64,000 nucleotides of DNA from Wickerhamiella versatilis (Eukaryota): positions 3,348,001 to 3,412,000 of the forward strand of contig JAQOWU010000008.1 of the NCBI GenBank assembly GCA_030867685.1, given 5' to 3'. The position numbers and the translations under genes were made by a program. Positions 1-12,182 of this stretch are shown here, in pieces. Every line of letters begins with the position of its first letter. The first letter of the stretch is position 1. The notes under the pieces are model-generated. The model saw only the letters and a list, made by a program, of their open reading frames with translations. It made no database searches and was not told the DNA's origin.

Positions 1-1632
1 GACTATGAGCAGACGAATAATAGCGTATCTTGTACGCGAATTGTCGAAGAAGGTCAGGCGCGATACCGTATTGACTACGTTGTTGGTAAATCGGATGGAC
101 TTGGCGTTGAGTCTCTTAAAGGTAGTGGTCTTATTGCTGGCGCCACATCACGGGCCTACAAGGACATATTTACAGCGACAATTGTCACTTGTCGTTCTGT
201 AGGTATTGGTGCATACCTTGTACGCCTCGGTCAGCGCGCAATACAGATAGAAGGAAAGCCGCTGCTTCTCACTGGTGCCGAGGCAATCAATAAGTTGCTA
301 GCGCGACAAGTTTATGCCTCAAACTTGCAGCTTGGTGGAACTCAAATTATGTATAAGAATGGTGTCAGTCATTTGGTAGCTCAGAATGATTATGAAGGCG
401 TCGCTCAGTTTATGGATTGGTTATCTTTTGTACCTATCCGTCGTGATGCTCTTCCGCCAATTCTTGTGAATAAAGCAGATGAATGGGATCGGGATGTGGA
501 GTTTGTGCCCGTTCAAGGTGAGAATTATGATGTGCGTTGCCTTATAACGGGTTCTGATGGCCGGCGTGGTTTGTTTGACGACAATTCTTGGATAGAAACT
601 CTTGGTGGATGGGCTCGAGGTGTTGTCACAGGGCGCGCGCGACTAGGTGGTATACCTTTCGGAATAATTGCAGTTGAAACCCGTGCTACTGAGACTGTAT
701 ATCCTGCTGATCCAGCTAATCCTCTGAGCACAGAACAAGTTGTGACAGAGGCAGGGCAGGTGTGGTACCCCAACTCTGCATTCAAGACAGCTCAAGCTCT
801 GCAGGATTTCACGAACGGAGAGCAACTACCGATTATGATTCTAGCTAATTGGCGTGGTTTTAGTGGTGGTCAGCGCGATATGTTCTTCGAAGTTCTGAAG
901 TATGGCTCATACATCGTTGATGCTCTATCAGAATGTCGTCAACCAGTATTTGTATACATTCCTCCATTTGGTGAGCTACGTGGAGGGTCCTGGGTAGTGG
1001 TCGACCCATCAATTAATCCAGAATTTATGGAACTGTATTGTGATCCAAACGCTCGGGCTGGCGTGTTGGAGCCCGAAGGCTTGGTCGGTATTAAACTCCG
1101 TAAGCCAAAACTTCTCGCTACAATGCAGAGACTAGACAAGGAGTACTCCAACCTTTGTGATCAAGAGAGTGATGCGCGAGCTGAGAACCTTCCTGAACTT
1201 ACTGAAATCTGTGCGGCGAAAGCTAGAAGAGAAGAGCTTCTCTTGCCTGTATACCACCAGATTGCGGTTCAATTTGCTGAACTCCATGATCGCCCTGGTA
1301 GGATGCAGGCGAAAGGCTGCATCAATGGAGTCATTCCCTGGATCGAATCACGACGCTTCTTCTACTGGAGAGTGCGTCGTCGCCTATGTTACTTGAAGGT
1401 CTCTCGAGAGGGTGTGGATCTGGAGGATATCATCCCTCCTAGTTGCACAACCGATCGTGAAGTCGTTGAATGGTTTGAAAATCCTGCATCTCAAGTGCCA
1501 GAGACTATAGCAGACTTGAAGTCTAAGAAGACTGCTAGCTACTTGTCGAAAGCATTGTCAAACTCTGATGTTGCAGCGGTAGTCAAGCATCTATCTCCCG
1601 AATCTCGCAAGCAGCTTTTAGAACAACTATAG
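1..1632 (+). CDS. ACC1: Acetyl-CoA carboxylase, C-terminal carboxyltransferase part (5'-truncated by window)
   Basis: Frame 1 open from base 1; motifs GLGVESLKGSGLIAGATSRAY, GRARLGGIP, EAGQVWYPNSAFKTAQA, ANWRGFSGGQRDM, GELRGGSWVVVDP. Confidence 0.97.
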   Translation, partial: DYEQTNNSVSCTRIVEEGQARYRIDYVVGKSDGLGVESLKGSGLIAGATSRAYKDIFTATIVTCRSVGIGAYLVRLGQRAIQIEGKPLLLTGAEAINKLLARQVYASNLQLGGTQIMYKNGVSHLVAQNDYEGVAQFMDWLSFVPIRRDALPPILVNKADEWDRDVEFVPVQGENYDVRCLITGSDGRRGLFDDNSWIETLGGWARGVVTGRARLGGIPFGIIAVETRATETVYPADPANPLSTEQVVTEAGQVWYPNSAFKTAQALQDFTNGEQLPIMILANWRGFSGGQRDMFFEVLKYGSYIVDALSECRQPVFVYIPPFGELRGGSWVVVDPSINPEFMELYCDPNARAGVLEPEGLVGIKLRKPKLLATMQRLDKEYSNLCDQESDARAENLPELTEICAAKARREELLLPVYHQIAVQFAELHDRPGRMQAKGCINGVIPWIESRRFFYWRVRRRLCYLKVSREGVDLEDIIPPSCTTDREVVEWFENPASQVPETIADLKSKKTASYLSKALSNSDVAAVVKHLSPESRKQLLEQL

Positions 1633-1744
1633 TGTTAGAAATAATATTCCATGAGTTATTCGCCATCTAATTACCTATAAAAACCCACATAAAAATTCTG
1701 ATTTCAACCTTGGAATTAGTGATTAGATAATTTGGAAAACTAGC

Positions 1745-2743
1745 ATGCCAGAAGAAGAACTCACATTTTCAGACCAGCATTATTTCAACTCATATGATCA
1801 TTTTGGGATCCATGAGGAAATGTTGAAGGATGAGGTACGTACTCTGTCGTACAGGAATGCACTATACCATAACCGTGCTCTCTTTCAAGATAAAGTTGTT
1901 CTCGATGTTGGCTGCGGTTCCGGTATTCTATCTATGTTTGCAGCACGCGCAGGTGCAAAACACGTTATTGGTGTTGATCGCAGCAGTATAATAGACATGG
2001 CTCGTGAAGTTGTGGCTGTTAATGGTCTCAATGATCGTATCACTCTTATCCAAGGAAAAATGGAGGAAGTTGAGCTTCCTGTTTCTGAAGTTGATGTCAT
2101 TGTAAGTGAATGGATGGGTTATTTCTTACTTTATGAATCTATGCTTGATACAGTTCTATTTGCTCGAGATAAATACCTCAAAAAGGGGGGTCTGATCCTA
2201 CCCGACAAGGCGACAATTTATATTGGCGGAATTGAAGATGAGGAATACAAAGATGAAAAAATTGGTTTCTGGCGTAATGTGTATGGCTTTGACTACTCTC
2301 CATTTGAGGAATTGGCTGTTACTGAACCTTTGGTCGATATAGTGGAGCTTAAGGCACTCGTTACAGACCCAGCAAAGATCGTGGAGTTCGATCTGAACAC
2401 GGTTACGAAACAGGACCTTAACTTCGATCGCAAGTTTTCTTTGCTCTGTCGTCGTGATGATCTGGTCCATGGATTTGTCGTATGGTTCGATATGGAGTTT
2501 GGTCATCTCAACAATATTGTCAGGTTCTCCACTGGGCCTCATGCTAAATCTACTCATTGGAAGCAAACTGTATTCTACACTAAGGAGGACTTTCATGTTC
2601 GTTCAGGTGACCAAATCGGTGGTCGAATGGCCGTCCAGCCAAATGCCTTAAATCCCCGTGATATTGACGTTTACCTAGAATATCAACATGTAAATGGTGC
2701 TCATAATGGAAGAAAGACACCTTTAAAGTTCGTAATGCGTTAA
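1745..2743 (+). CDS. HMT1: Type I protein arginine methyltransferase (PRMT1)
   Basis: YFNSYDHFGIHEEMLKD, VLDVGCGSGILS, double-E loop SEWMGYFLLYE, THW loop THWKQT. Confidence 0.96.
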   Translation: MPEEELTFSDQHYFNSYDHFGIHEEMLKDEVRTLSYRNALYHNRALFQDKVVLDVGCGSGILSMFAARAGAKHVIGVDRSSIIDMAREVVAVNGLNDRITLIQGKMEEVELPVSEVDVIVSEWMGYFLLYESMLDTVLFARDKYLKKGGLILPDKATIYIGGIEDEEYKDEKIGFWRNVYGFDYSPFEELAVTEPLVDIVELKALVTDPAKIVEFDLNTVTKQDLNFDRKFSLLCRRDDLVHGFVVWFDMEFGHLNNIVRFSTGPHAKSTHWKQTVFYTKEDFHVRSGDQIGGRMAVQPNALNPRDIDVYLEYQHVNGAHNGRKTPLKFVMR

Positions 2744-2771
2744 TTCGGAAAAAGCTTATTATCCAGTATTT

Positions 2772-5700
2772 CTATAGTGCCGTGGTTACTGTCATGGATT
2801 GTGAATGAATTAGCGCTATTGGGGGGAGTGCTTCACAAAAGAGCTCCAAAGTTCTATGATATTCGCGAGCATCTCTTTCAGATTCATGGGTTCCAGGTGC
2901 GGGAGCTGGTAAGGTCGAAAAAATAACTGTAGAATCCATGGATACATTACGCATTAAACAATTGAGAATCATGTGTTGCGCGCGAGCAGGAAGGTCATTA
3001 AAGCTGAGCTCATCTTGCTCTGGCGATTGTTGACGCTGTACACGTTGAGCATACGGATCAGCTGCGATATCCTCGCCCTCTAGCTCCTGTGTTGTCATTG
3101 GATCATCTATGAAGCTTGGATCTTCGAGGTGTTCATCCTCGGCAGGTGAAACATCATCTGGATCTGAATCGGATCCTGAACCGGATTCGGAATCCGAAAA
3201 TTGAGTTCCATTGTAAAAACTTGCAAAGTCTCTCATTTTCCATTTGGTAGATTGCATTGAATGAGCGATTCCCATGCTTTGTAGTTGGGATAGAGTTCTA
3301 CGCCTCTTAGGAGTACCTAATGCTACGTTTTTTCTGGTGGGGCTCATGGGCAATACCGTTGCTTTTTCCCGTGGCCGGATTGCTTCAATGAGTGTACTCC
3401 CTGCCAGTCCTTTGGCACGTGCTTGGCAAAGACGTGACCACCACTTTTTGTTGCCAACGCGCTCATCAACAGATCCATCAGTATCCACCATACCTTTCAC
3501 AATAACATCATAAACGTAATTACCCTTGTCTAGAGGGATGACTTCAAGTTCTGCCGGTATACGCAGTGTCGCAAGCAACTCCTCAATTCGGCCTCTTTCG
3601 ACTGCCACTTCTTCACTGTGCTCCACAAAAGCTACAACTCGAAGATCGTGAGAGACTTGCCAATCTTTTACGCTATGCAAAACAGTACCAAGTTGCAAAA
3701 TTAGTGTATAAGTATCGAAGTTTATGCTCATGCCATTCATGTGACCTTCTCGGTCCATTAGTTGAGCACTAATCTGAATTGGGTATAAATCAATGCGACC
3801 CCGATGCCCTGAGGTTGTTGATTTCCACCATTTCCAGCGTGGCAGGTGTCTGGGAAAGTGTATATTCATAAACCCCTTAGCAACACAAACGGTGGTACCC
3901 ATACGAAGCAAATCCTCAATAATATTGGTCCATTGCTGATATGACATGTGTGATTCTTTGCGACACACATCTGTAGGAAGTTCCTCGACATCTATGCTTT
4001 CGGGATGTGATTGACCGGATTGAAACTCATCATAAAAACCAAGCACTGTAATATTGGGTTTCATTCCTCCAAGACCGCTCCCAAGAAAAGCATTGCGGCA
4101 ACCCCATACAATTGAAGGAGAGACAATCAATTGAACAAATGCTTTCAGCCCTGTCCAGTCGCGCAGCTTCTGCCATGCGGTTCTTTGCTTCTCCACTTCA
4201 GGATAATCCTTCCTGAAATCAGATACAGAGATAACATGGCCCAAGATAAAAAGGCCTCCCTTCTTAAGGTAATTGCAAAACCAAATTAGATTCCAACATG
4301 AGCGTGGGTCATCCACTAACAGCAATATCTGAGGGCGCCAGTACTTCACATGATCTTGCCTGAGCTTGAGCAGATATTTCCGAACTTGGTGATAAATTAG
4401 AGCTTGAGATACATCACCCCACGGCTTGGGGAGGCAATATACGTGGATTAAAAAAAATAGGAATACGCCTACGAGCAGCATGCCTGTTGCACTAAGCCCG
4501 TCTGCAACGAACATTGCAACAACAGATACAACAGATCCCACCATACCTGTAGTCGCATTAAAGTATCGGAATGATGGCCGAAAGTTTGGCGCACTGGACA
4601 AATCAAGCAGAAAACACGCAAAGTTGGTCACCACGAACGTTAGCAAAAATGCCATAGTGATGAATACTGCAATTCGGTTCATAGGAAGTAATGCCGTCAA
4701 TTGTGTGAAAACATAAGTAGTGAGTATAGCAATCACTGGGTTTGAATCAGGGGTTTTTCCGCGGAATGGTTTAAGAAAGGGTACTACCTGATCCCAGGCA
4801 ATCGCCTGGAGTAGCTTTGCGGCACCTATTACTCCCATCAGTGAAGAGAAAATGGATGTAGCAAATTCACCCATAACAACCAGAAAAGGGGCAACGTTAA
4901 TGTGACTGATGATATCACTATCTTGATGGAGTAATTCACGAGGGGTTGTACATCCAATGGCTAGTATTACTAGAAAATACAGCACAACCGTGACTGCGAG
5001 GCTCCAAAGAGTTCCTGCAGGAATTGATTTACTTGGCTTCTTCAAATCTCCTGACATAGAAGCGCCTGCCAATATGCCCGCCGTAGCCGGAAAGAAAATA
5101 CCGAATAAGTCGCGAAAATTCTCCCGACCAGTTATCTCACTGCCTGCGGCGCCTTCTGTGAAGTTGGGAAGCATGTTTTCTACTAGTGTCGACCAGTTTA
5201 ATCCTGTATACCATTCTTCATAATCGAGATCATAAAAAGGAGAAACAAAAAAGATACTTAAAGGCACAGAGAGGGTAGCCGTAATCAAAACCCAGAACAA
5301 AAATTTAGATGATCGTGCAAATAATGCTGGTCCTACGAGACATATTATTGTACAAATCAGGAGCATAAGTGCTTCATAAAGGAATTTTGGCAGGGGTGCC
5401 TCGGATACAACGTTAAGAAAAGTACCCGACCTCACTCCAAAGGCAGATACAAGAGGATCAACAAATCCTGCTACATTTAGTGCAGCATTAAGAACCTGTC
5501 CAACGTAGAAAATAATACCAATGCTCCCTCCAAACTCAGGGCCTAACGAACGGCTGACCATAAAGTACGTACCACCCCCTTTTACAACACCATTTGTCGC
5601 AATGGCACTCAAACTCATTGTGGTGAGGAGATTAATAGCGTAACTCACAGCAAGGAGCAATAGAGATCCGAGAATGCCTGCCTGTCCGACAATGAATCCA

Positions 5701-5852
5701 AACCGAAGAAACATCAGAATCGACAATACGTTAAGGGTTGTGGGGACGAAAACACCATCATAGGTCCCAAGTTTGCTTTCTTTTGACCCATCCTCCAAGG
5801 TTTTAGGATCATTTTCAGGGATCCTTGGCAAGAGAGGATTCCGCTCATCCAT
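2772..5852 (-). CDS. VHC1: Cation-chloride cotransporter family protein (SLC12, vacuolar)
   Basis: [76 protein letters not shown]; many TM segments. Confidence 0.92.
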   Translation of the reverse strand: MDERNPLLPRIPENDPKTLEDGSKESKLGTYDGVFVPTTLNVLSILMFLRFGFIVGQAGILGSLLLLAVSYAINLLTTMSLSAIATNGVVKGGGTYFMVSRSLGPEFGGSIGIIFYVGQVLNAALNVAGFVDPLVSAFGVRSGTFLNVVSEAPLPKFLYEALMLLICTIICLVGPALFARSSKFLFWVLITATLSVPLSIFFVSPFYDLDYEEWYTGLNWSTLVENMLPNFTEGAAGSEITGRENFRDLFGIFFPATAGILAGASMSGDLKKPSKSIPAGTLWSLAVTVVLYFLVILAIGCTTPRELLHQDSDIISHINVAPFLVVMGEFATSIFSSLMGVIGAAKLLQAIAWDQVVPFLKPFRGKTPDSNPVIAILTTYVFTQLTALLPMNRIAVFITMAFLLTFVVTNFACFLLDLSSAPNFRPSFRYFNATTGMVGSVVSVVAMFVADGLSATGMLLVGVFLFFLIHVYCLPKPWGDVSQALIYHQVRKYLLKLRQDHVKYWRPQILLLVDDPRSCWNLIWFCNYLKKGGLFILGHVISVSDFRKDYPEVEKQRTAWQKLRDWTGLKAFVQLIVSPSIVWGCRNAFLGSGLGGMKPNITVLGFYDEFQSGQSHPESIDVEELPTDVCRKESHMSYQQWTNIIEDLLRMGTTVCVAKGFMNIHFPRHLPRWKWWKSTTSGHRGRIDLYPIQISAQLMDREGHMNGMSINFDTYTLILQLGTVLHSVKDWQVSHDLRVVAFVEHSEEVAVERGRIEELLATLRIPAELEVIPLDKGNYVYDVIVKGMVDTDGSVDERVGNKKWWSRLCQARAKGLAGSTLIEAIRPREKATVLPMSPTRKNVALGTPKRRRTLSQLQSMGIAHSMQSTKWKMRDFASFYNGTQFSDSESGSGSDSDPDDVSPAEDEHLEDPSFIDDPMTTQELEGEDIAADPYAQRVQRQQSPEQDELSFNDLPARAQHMILNCLMRNVSMDSTVIFSTLPAPAPGTHESERDAREYHRTLELFCEALPPIALIHSQSMTVTTAL

Positions 5853-5993
5853 TCTTGTCGCTGACTTAGCAGATAAGATTTAGCCCACTAAGGTGCACAC
5901 TGAACTTTTTTTTCAATTCATAGTAATATCTAGTTACAAGCATCTAAAGTGGCGGATTAGTTGATGCATGGATAGCAATAGAGCTAGTGATCT

Positions 5994-7043
5994 CTATACC
6001 TTGGTAAATACAAAAACCCTGTATATAGCACAGGCCTCAATTTCATCTTGATGGATTGTTAGTTCATTACGTGAATTTGAAAGCCTCTGTTGCTCAGCAA
6101 CTTGTCTAATATCAGGATCCTCGATCTGACTGCGGAAGTAGTCTAAAAATGGCTGCGAAAGCTTCAGTTCGAGACCATATTCCTTCGCAAGCGCTAAAAA
6201 TGATTCAAACGGCACAACATATTCAGCAACATCTTCGACAGCTTCTAAGAGGTAGAAATAATATTCATTTCCATATAGACTATCCCATGTGCCCGAGGGA
6301 TTGGCTTCCTTGAATCTGATACCAAATATGTCATTTCCCCATTCTTTTTTCCCAGTTTTCAGCTGGTTCGAGAGATATTCCGAGTCTGGAATTGTTCCTA
6401 TAAAATTACCGCCCTTCTTCAAAGCCCGTGAGATATTGCCTAAGGTGCACCGGACACGTTCTTCAGTATCGAATGCATAATGTAAAGCGAATTGACAACT
6501 CACAGTATCAACAGGAAATGCGTCCGGGTGTACAATATCTTCTATAGCCTCATCAAAACAATTACCCACGACGAAATCTGTCCAGAAGCACTTATTTTTG
6601 AGCTCAGAAAATCTCTTTTTAGCATGCTCGATGCTAACGTCTGCAATATCCAGACCAATCAACCCATCAATTCCCGCTTTAAGCCATTTTAATAAGTCAC
6701 CACCTCTGCCGCAACCAAGATCGAGGACAATATCGTGGGGATTAGAGTAATGATCAATCAACAATGCTTTAATAAAATTGTTAAAGCTCCTGAGTCCAAA
6801 AATACTTGAGTGACGTCTGTCCTTCATGCTATGACTCTTTCGCGTATTATAATGGGCTCGAACTTGCTCATCATTCGCACGTGGCTGGTCACTTTCTCTC
6901 CTTCGTTTGTGGGGCTGTCCAAATGAGCTCCGAGAATTACTCCCATTCCTTGGGCGAACCGTTTTAGACTGTGGAGCATCGGGAATTTTAGGTTCCTTCA
7001 CGGAATTTCCATTCCATTTGTCTCGGGCGGGGTCATACATCAA
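5994..7043 (-). CDS. ABD1: mRNA cap guanine-N7 methyltransferase
   Basis: LRSFNNFIK, VLDLGCGRGGDLLKW, SCQFALHYAF, GGNFIGTIPD, EYVVPF. Confidence 0.95.
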   Translation of the reverse strand: MMYDPARDKWNGNSVKEPKIPDAPQSKTVRPRNGSNSRSSFGQPHKRRRESDQPRANDEQVRAHYNTRKSHSMKDRRHSSIFGLRSFNNFIKALLIDHYSNPHDIVLDLGCGRGGDLLKWLKAGIDGLIGLDIADVSIEHAKKRFSELKNKCFWTDFVVGNCFDEAIEDIVHPDAFPVDTVSCQFALHYAFDTEERVRCTLGNISRALKKGGNFIGTIPDSEYLSNQLKTGKKEWGNDIFGIRFKEANPSGTWDSLYGNEYYFYLLEAVEDVAEYVVPFESFLALAKEYGLELKLSQPFLDYFRSQIEDPDIRQVAEQQRLSNSRNELTIHQDEIEACAIYRVFVFTKV

Positions 7044-7106
7044 AGATATGTCCTAATCCTTGCTGACTCAGATAGTTACGAAATATTTCGTCTTCTCGTT
7101 GAGACA

Positions 7107-7790
7107 ATGCAAGATTATACACCTGTGCTTTTGGAGGTGGCACCTAATATTACGCATACGATTTACTTGCGAAAGCATCAAGGTGACGAATCTATTGTAT
7201 TTGTAGCTAATTTGCCAAAAGATGCGACAAATGAAAATGTCAAAGATATATGTCAAGCGCTTGGCGATTGTGTATTAGAAGAGTTTTCATACCAGAGTCA
7301 CAACCATGGCTTAATAAAACTTGTAGATGAAGCCGCTGCGCAACGGGTATTATTCAAAGCCCGCCAAGTGTCCAAGAAAAATGATGCACTAGAATGGCGA
7401 CTTTATGGACCACGAGGTTTGCCAGCTTACGAGGCGCGGCATTTCGCTCAATTCCCACTAGAGACAGAGCTCCAGGAGGAGGTGGATGCATACATGGAAG
7501 CCTTCGAGGCTGCAGAAGATGAGGCTGCCCACGCACCCGCTGACTTGGTTGATGAGGATGGGTTTAAGCTGGTTACAGGATCCGACATAAAGAGACGTTC
7601 AGACATAGACCCAGCACCGAAGCCTCAGAGTTCTAAACGGCGGAAAAAGCTTGAAAAGAATGACTTCTATCGCTTCCAATTCCGAGAGCAGAGGAAGCAG
7701 GAGATGTCAGACCTACTCCGAAAATATCAAGAGGATAAACAGAAAGTCAAAGAGCTAAAAGAGAAAAGGGCATTCAAACCATACTCATAA
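7107..7790 (+). CDS. RRP7: rRNA processing protein Rrp7
   Basis: N-terminal RRM-like region (FVANLP), DEDGFKLV, DFYRFQFRE, C-terminal FKPY. Confidence 0.92.
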   Translation: MQDYTPVLLEVAPNITHTIYLRKHQGDESIVFVANLPKDATNENVKDICQALGDCVLEEFSYQSHNHGLIKLVDEAAAQRVLFKARQVSKKNDALEWRLYGPRGLPAYEARHFAQFPLETELQEEVDAYMEAFEAAEDEAAHAPADLVDEDGFKLVTGSDIKRRSDIDPAPKPQSSKRRKKLEKNDFYRFQFREQRKQEMSDLLRKYQEDKQKVKELKEKRAFKPYS

Positions 7791-7890
7791 TCACAAACTT
7801 TTACACATCCCTTGGTTGCTACGCGTCCTGGAGGACCCACAGCACCAAGCGTCAGCTGAGTTAAGCAAACACATACCACCTAGAGTCTTG

Positions 7891-8169
7891 ATGTTGCCCC
7901 TTCGTCTGACGAGCATTGCGCGATTCCATGCAGCGGCAAAGCTGCTAAGCTACCCTGCTAGCAAGACTGGAAAGCCACTTCTTCCTTACATTCGCTTTGC
8001 CTCTGAGAAACGCCCAGAGATACTGAAGGAAAACCCAAGCTTAAAAACAACAGAGGTTGGCCGAAAGTGTGGTGAACTGTGGCGTAGTTTGTCGCAGAGC
8101 GAGAAAAAGACACGCACCGCTGAATATGAGGCGGCGCGGGAAAAGTACACCCACGGTCAATCGTTCTAA
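7891..8169 (+). CDS. Small single-HMG-box protein with probable mitochondrial presequence
   Basis: First ATG at 7891; basic, acid-free N-terminus MLPLRLTSIARFHAAAK; HMG box PYIRFASEKRPEILKENP...EVGRKCGELWRSLSQSEK..Y. Confidence 0.8.
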   Translation: MLPLRLTSIARFHAAAKLLSYPASKTGKPLLPYIRFASEKRPEILKENPSLKTTEVGRKCGELWRSLSQSEKKTRTAEYEAAREKYTHGQSF

Positions 8170-8367
8170 ATTAATATGTTTGGAGAAACAGAGGTCGTCT
8201 CTTTTAGAGTCTACGCACTAACCCGTGTTATATTTTATCACCGTAAATCAAATAAATTTCTAAATATGCGATTAGGCACGTTCTGATTTCTCCGATTCGC
8301 ACATTCCCCGCAGAACTGACCTATAAGGGCCATCAGCTGAATAATATTGTTGCGTGAAACCTAAGTG

Positions 8368-9819
8368 ATGGCAGTCGCGTTTAAAAGGTTGAATATCTCC
8401 CGCAGACTTTTGAGTACTACGATGCCTCGGTTTCGTACGGAATTAGATGCCTTTGGACCTATTGAGGTCGATGACAGTCATTACTGGGGAGCCCAGACGC
8501 AGCGCTCGCTCGAAAACTTTCGTATTGGCGAGGGTACAAAGGAGCGTATGCCTGAGCCTCTTATTCATGCCTTTGGTGTTCTCAAAAAGGCAGCCGCACA
8601 AGTAAATGAAACTTATGGGCTTGATCCTAAGATCGCTGGGGCAATTCAGGAGGCTGCTCAAGAGGTCATCGACGGCAAACTCACGGATCAATTCCCCCTT
8701 GTAGTTTTCCAAACGGGCTCTGGTACACAATCAAATATGAACTCTAATGAGGTCATCTCCAACAGGGCAATCGAACTTCTTGGTGGAGTACTCGGTTCCA
8801 AGAAGCCTGTACACCCCAACGATCATGTGAATATGTCTCAATCGTCAAATGACACGTTCCCCACAGTCATGCACATTGCATCTGTTACTGAGATCTCTCA
8901 TCGTTTGCTTCCCGCGTTGAAGGAGCTTCATGATGCTATCGCCCAAAAGTCTGATGAGTTTAAGGACATCATTAAGATTGGTCGTACCCATCTCCAGGAC
9001 GCTACCCCGTTGACTCTTGGTCAAGAGTTCAGTGGTTATGCAAAACAGTTAGAATATGGCATTGAGCGTGTAAAGGGTGTACTGCCTCGCTTAAGCTTGT
9101 TGGCCCAGGGTGGTACTGCTGTTGGTACTGGTCTGAATACGCGCAAAGGTTTTGATGCCGCCGTGGCAAAAGCTGTAAGCAGTATCACTGGTCTTGAGTT
9201 CCAGACAGCTCCTAACAAGTTCGAGGCACTTGCAGCGCACGATGCAGTGGTGGAGGCCTCAGGTGCATTGAACACTGTTGCTGCGTCCCTGTTCAAGATC
9301 GCAAACGATATCCGCTATTTGGGCTCTGGTCCTCGTTGTGGCTATGGTGAGCTGAAGCTTCCTGAAAATGAGCCGGGTTCGTCAATTATGCCTGGTAAAG
9401 TTAACCCGACCCAGAATGAGGCCCTCACAATGGTCTGTGCACAGGTTTTCGGCAATAACACAGCTATCACATTCTCAGGTGCATCTGGTCAGTTTGAATT
9501 GAATGTTTTTAAGCCTGTGATGGCGGCAAATCTCCTGCGAAGTGTACGCATCCTTGCCGATGGTTGTAACTCATTCCGTGAGCACTGCGTTGTCGGCATT
9601 GAGGCAAACAAGCCTCGTATCGATGAGCTTATGCATAAATCACTGATGCTTGTTACCGCACTCAACCCGCATATCGGGTATGATGCTGCTTCTAAGGTTG
9701 CTAAGAATGCTCACAAGAAGGGTCTTACACTTAAGGAATCGGCACTCGAACTTGGCGTGCTCAATGAGAAGCAATTCGAAGAATGGGTTAGGCCAGAGAA
9801 CATGATCTCCCCTAAGTAA
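8368..9819 (+). CDS. FUM1: Class II fumarate hydratase
   Basis: [34 protein letters not shown], signature [11 protein letters not shown]; presequence-like N-terminus. Confidence 0.98.
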   Translation: MAVAFKRLNISRRLLSTTMPRFRTELDAFGPIEVDDSHYWGAQTQRSLENFRIGEGTKERMPEPLIHAFGVLKKAAAQVNETYGLDPKIAGAIQEAAQEVIDGKLTDQFPLVVFQTGSGTQSNMNSNEVISNRAIELLGGVLGSKKPVHPNDHVNMSQSSNDTFPTVMHIASVTEISHRLLPALKELHDAIAQKSDEFKDIIKIGRTHLQDATPLTLGQEFSGYAKQLEYGIERVKGVLPRLSLLAQGGTAVGTGLNTRKGFDAAVAKAVSSITGLEFQTAPNKFEALAAHDAVVEASGALNTVAASLFKIANDIRYLGSGPRCGYGELKLPENEPGSSIMPGKVNPTQNEALTMVCAQVFGNNTAITFSGASGQFELNVFKPVMAANLLRSVRILADGCNSFREHCVVGIEANKPRIDELMHKSLMLVTALNPHIGYDAASKVAKNAHKKGLTLKESALELGVLNEKQFEEWVRPENMISPK

Positions 9820-10028
9820 AATGGAGGTTCGTGAACCTATATTTTCTTCAATCTAGGATTTACCAACACGTATATAGGAATAGAAGAATGTTTATACTTA
9901 AAGAGACATTCAGAAAAATAGCCATACTTTCGAGCTGTATGTTTGTGTGTTCCAAGTCAAAGGGAGATTAAGATGAAAAGGGAGAATACGTATAATGATA
10001 AGATTTTGTTTCGCATAGATTTGGATTT

Positions 10029-12077
10029 TTAGTAGGTAGCTAGGGCAATAGCTGAACGACAAGGGATGTACGCTTGTATCCAAAAGGGACGACCATTCCA
10101 ATCACCTGAAGTCGTATGGTATTCTGTAGAATTGTCAATACGATGGTGTCCACGGAATTCTTGGTCATCTGTGTTGAGTACAACTTTGTAGGGACCAGGT
10201 GCAGGAACCCCAAGACGATAATCCGTGTAAGACTTTGTCGGATGGAAATTGAAAACAAAAAGGACCCCTTCCCGATCAAAGGCAAGCATTTTATCCCCGT
10301 TATGCTTAAGTGAAATATAAGCTTGTTGTGCCTGAAGCCACTTATACTTTGCTTCGGTATGCTGCAATGCACTGTCAAAGTTATTCAAGAATTGATATAG
10401 TAAGAGATCATCCTCTATCAAGTTGAATTGCCTACGTGCATAATGGTAGGATTCATTATTGCCTTCTCGAGGAAAATCAAGCCATTCTGGATGGCCAAAT
10501 TCATTGCCTTCAAAATTGAGATATCCCTCACCACCTAATGCGTGGGTCAAGAAGCGGATCATCTTGTGAAGTGCTATACCACGAGATACCTCCAAAGCTT
10601 CAGAGCTTAAAACAGACATATGTGTATACATCAACTTATCCATGAGCCAAAAAGCTAAGGTCTTGTCCCCAACGAGTGCCTGGTCATGGGACTCCGCATA
10701 CGCAATGGTCAGCTCTTTGTGGCGTCTGTTGGTCAGCACATAAGCGATATGGCCCATATCCCATTCATCATCGGATTGTTCCTTTAGCATTTTGATCCAC
10801 ATGTCAGGAATTGCCATGCCAAGACGATAATCAAATCCTATTCCACCTATTTCAGTTGGAAGGCATAAAGTAGGCATGCCGCTAACATCCTCTGCGACAA
10901 CAACATAGTTTCGACTCAGCGATTTGACCAAAACATTTGCCAATATGAGATAATTTACAGCTTGTTCATCAACATTGCCGCTGCTTCCGAAGTATTCGTG
11001 ATACCCTCCACTAAACCCAGTGCCGACACCGTGGTGCACATACAACATACTGGTAATACCGTCAAAGCGAAACCCATCAAATCCATATACATCGAGAAAG
11101 AATCTCAAGTTCGACAATAAGAAGCGCAGAACTTCATGCTTTCCGTAGTTAAAGATACGAGAATCCCATTGTGCATGATATCCCTTCTCCCCCGCATGAA
11201 AATATTGATACTCTGTACCATCAAAGTAGTTCAGACCATCTAAAGTATTCTTCGATGCATGCGAGTGTACAACATCAAGTAATACAGTTATCCCCATGCC
11301 ATGTGCAGTGTCAACTAACTCCATAAGTTCCTCAGGTGTACCATATCGGGAACTTACAGCAAAAAAGTTGGTAACCTGGTATCCAAAACTGCCATAGTAG
11401 GCATGCTCCATAATAGCCATCAGCTGTATGGTGTTATAGCCTAAATTTGCAATATGAGGTAGCACGTTGTTTTGAAACTCACGATAAGTACCTATGCGTG
11501 GCTCGGGTGTAGATATCCCAATGTGGGCTTCATAAACTTTGATGCCTCCTTTCGTGAGGTTTTGGGAGGGTTTACTGTGTTTAAAGACATACTTGTTCGG
11601 CGGAGACCAGTATTGTGCATCATAGTTTATACCAACGGACTTATCTTGCACAACTCGGCGACTCCAGGCAGGGACACGCTCGACCCTTTCTCCACCGGGA
11701 AGGCTAAGAACGAGTTTCACCTTAGAACCATGTTCAATAGATCTTGGAGGTAACCTGATCTCCCATACACCATAATCATTTATTTTGGTCAATGGTTTTC
11801 CCGGTCGTTGCCAAGCTATAAAGTCTCCCGTCAAAAATGCACCAATGGCATTTGGAACCCATTCACGATATATAATATCTCCAGTTGAAGGATCTTCTGT
11901 AAATCCATAGTACTCATATCCTTTTGAAAACTTAAGAATGCCACCTTCATCTCGTTCGAGTCGCGAAAGCCAATCACGTGCAATCACTTGGCGTCTTTCG
12001 ATATCTCGGGCGAAGGGCGTCAAGTAGGGATCAATTTCAAGAATTTCCTGGGCACTCGGGGGTGATTGAGCGCTCAT
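10029..12077 (-). CDS. GLC3: 1,4-alpha-glucan branching enzyme (GH13)
   Basis: [65 protein letters not shown]. Confidence 0.97.
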   Translation of the reverse strand: MSAQSPPSAQEILEIDPYLTPFARDIERRQVIARDWLSRLERDEGGILKFSKGYEYYGFTEDPSTGDIIYREWVPNAIGAFLTGDFIAWQRPGKPLTKINDYGVWEIRLPPRSIEHGSKVKLVLSLPGGERVERVPAWSRRVVQDKSVGINYDAQYWSPPNKYVFKHSKPSQNLTKGGIKVYEAHIGISTPEPRIGTYREFQNNVLPHIANLGYNTIQLMAIMEHAYYGSFGYQVTNFFAVSSRYGTPEELMELVDTAHGMGITVLLDVVHSHASKNTLDGLNYFDGTEYQYFHAGEKGYHAQWDSRIFNYGKHEVLRFLLSNLRFFLDVYGFDGFRFDGITSMLYVHHGVGTGFSGGYHEYFGSSGNVDEQAVNYLILANVLVKSLSRNYVVVAEDVSGMPTLCLPTEIGGIGFDYRLGMAIPDMWIKMLKEQSDDEWDMGHIAYVLTNRRHKELTIAYAESHDQALVGDKTLAFWLMDKLMYTHMSVLSSEALEVSRGIALHKMIRFLTHALGGEGYLNFEGNEFGHPEWLDFPREGNNESYHYARRQFNLIEDDLLLYQFLNNFDSALQHTEAKYKWLQAQQAYISLKHNGDKMLAFDREGVLFVFNFHPTKSYTDYRLGVPAPGPYKVVLNTDDQEFRGHHRIDNSTEYHTTSGDWNGRPFWIQAYIPCRSAIALATY

Positions 12078-12182
12078 AATTACCTCTGTGGGGTAGGAGG
12101 TATATCAAAGTACCTGTCAGCTAATGTCCTCTTGTATACCCTAACCCATAACTCTTCTTGCCCTGGAGCTGCTCCTGCACAA

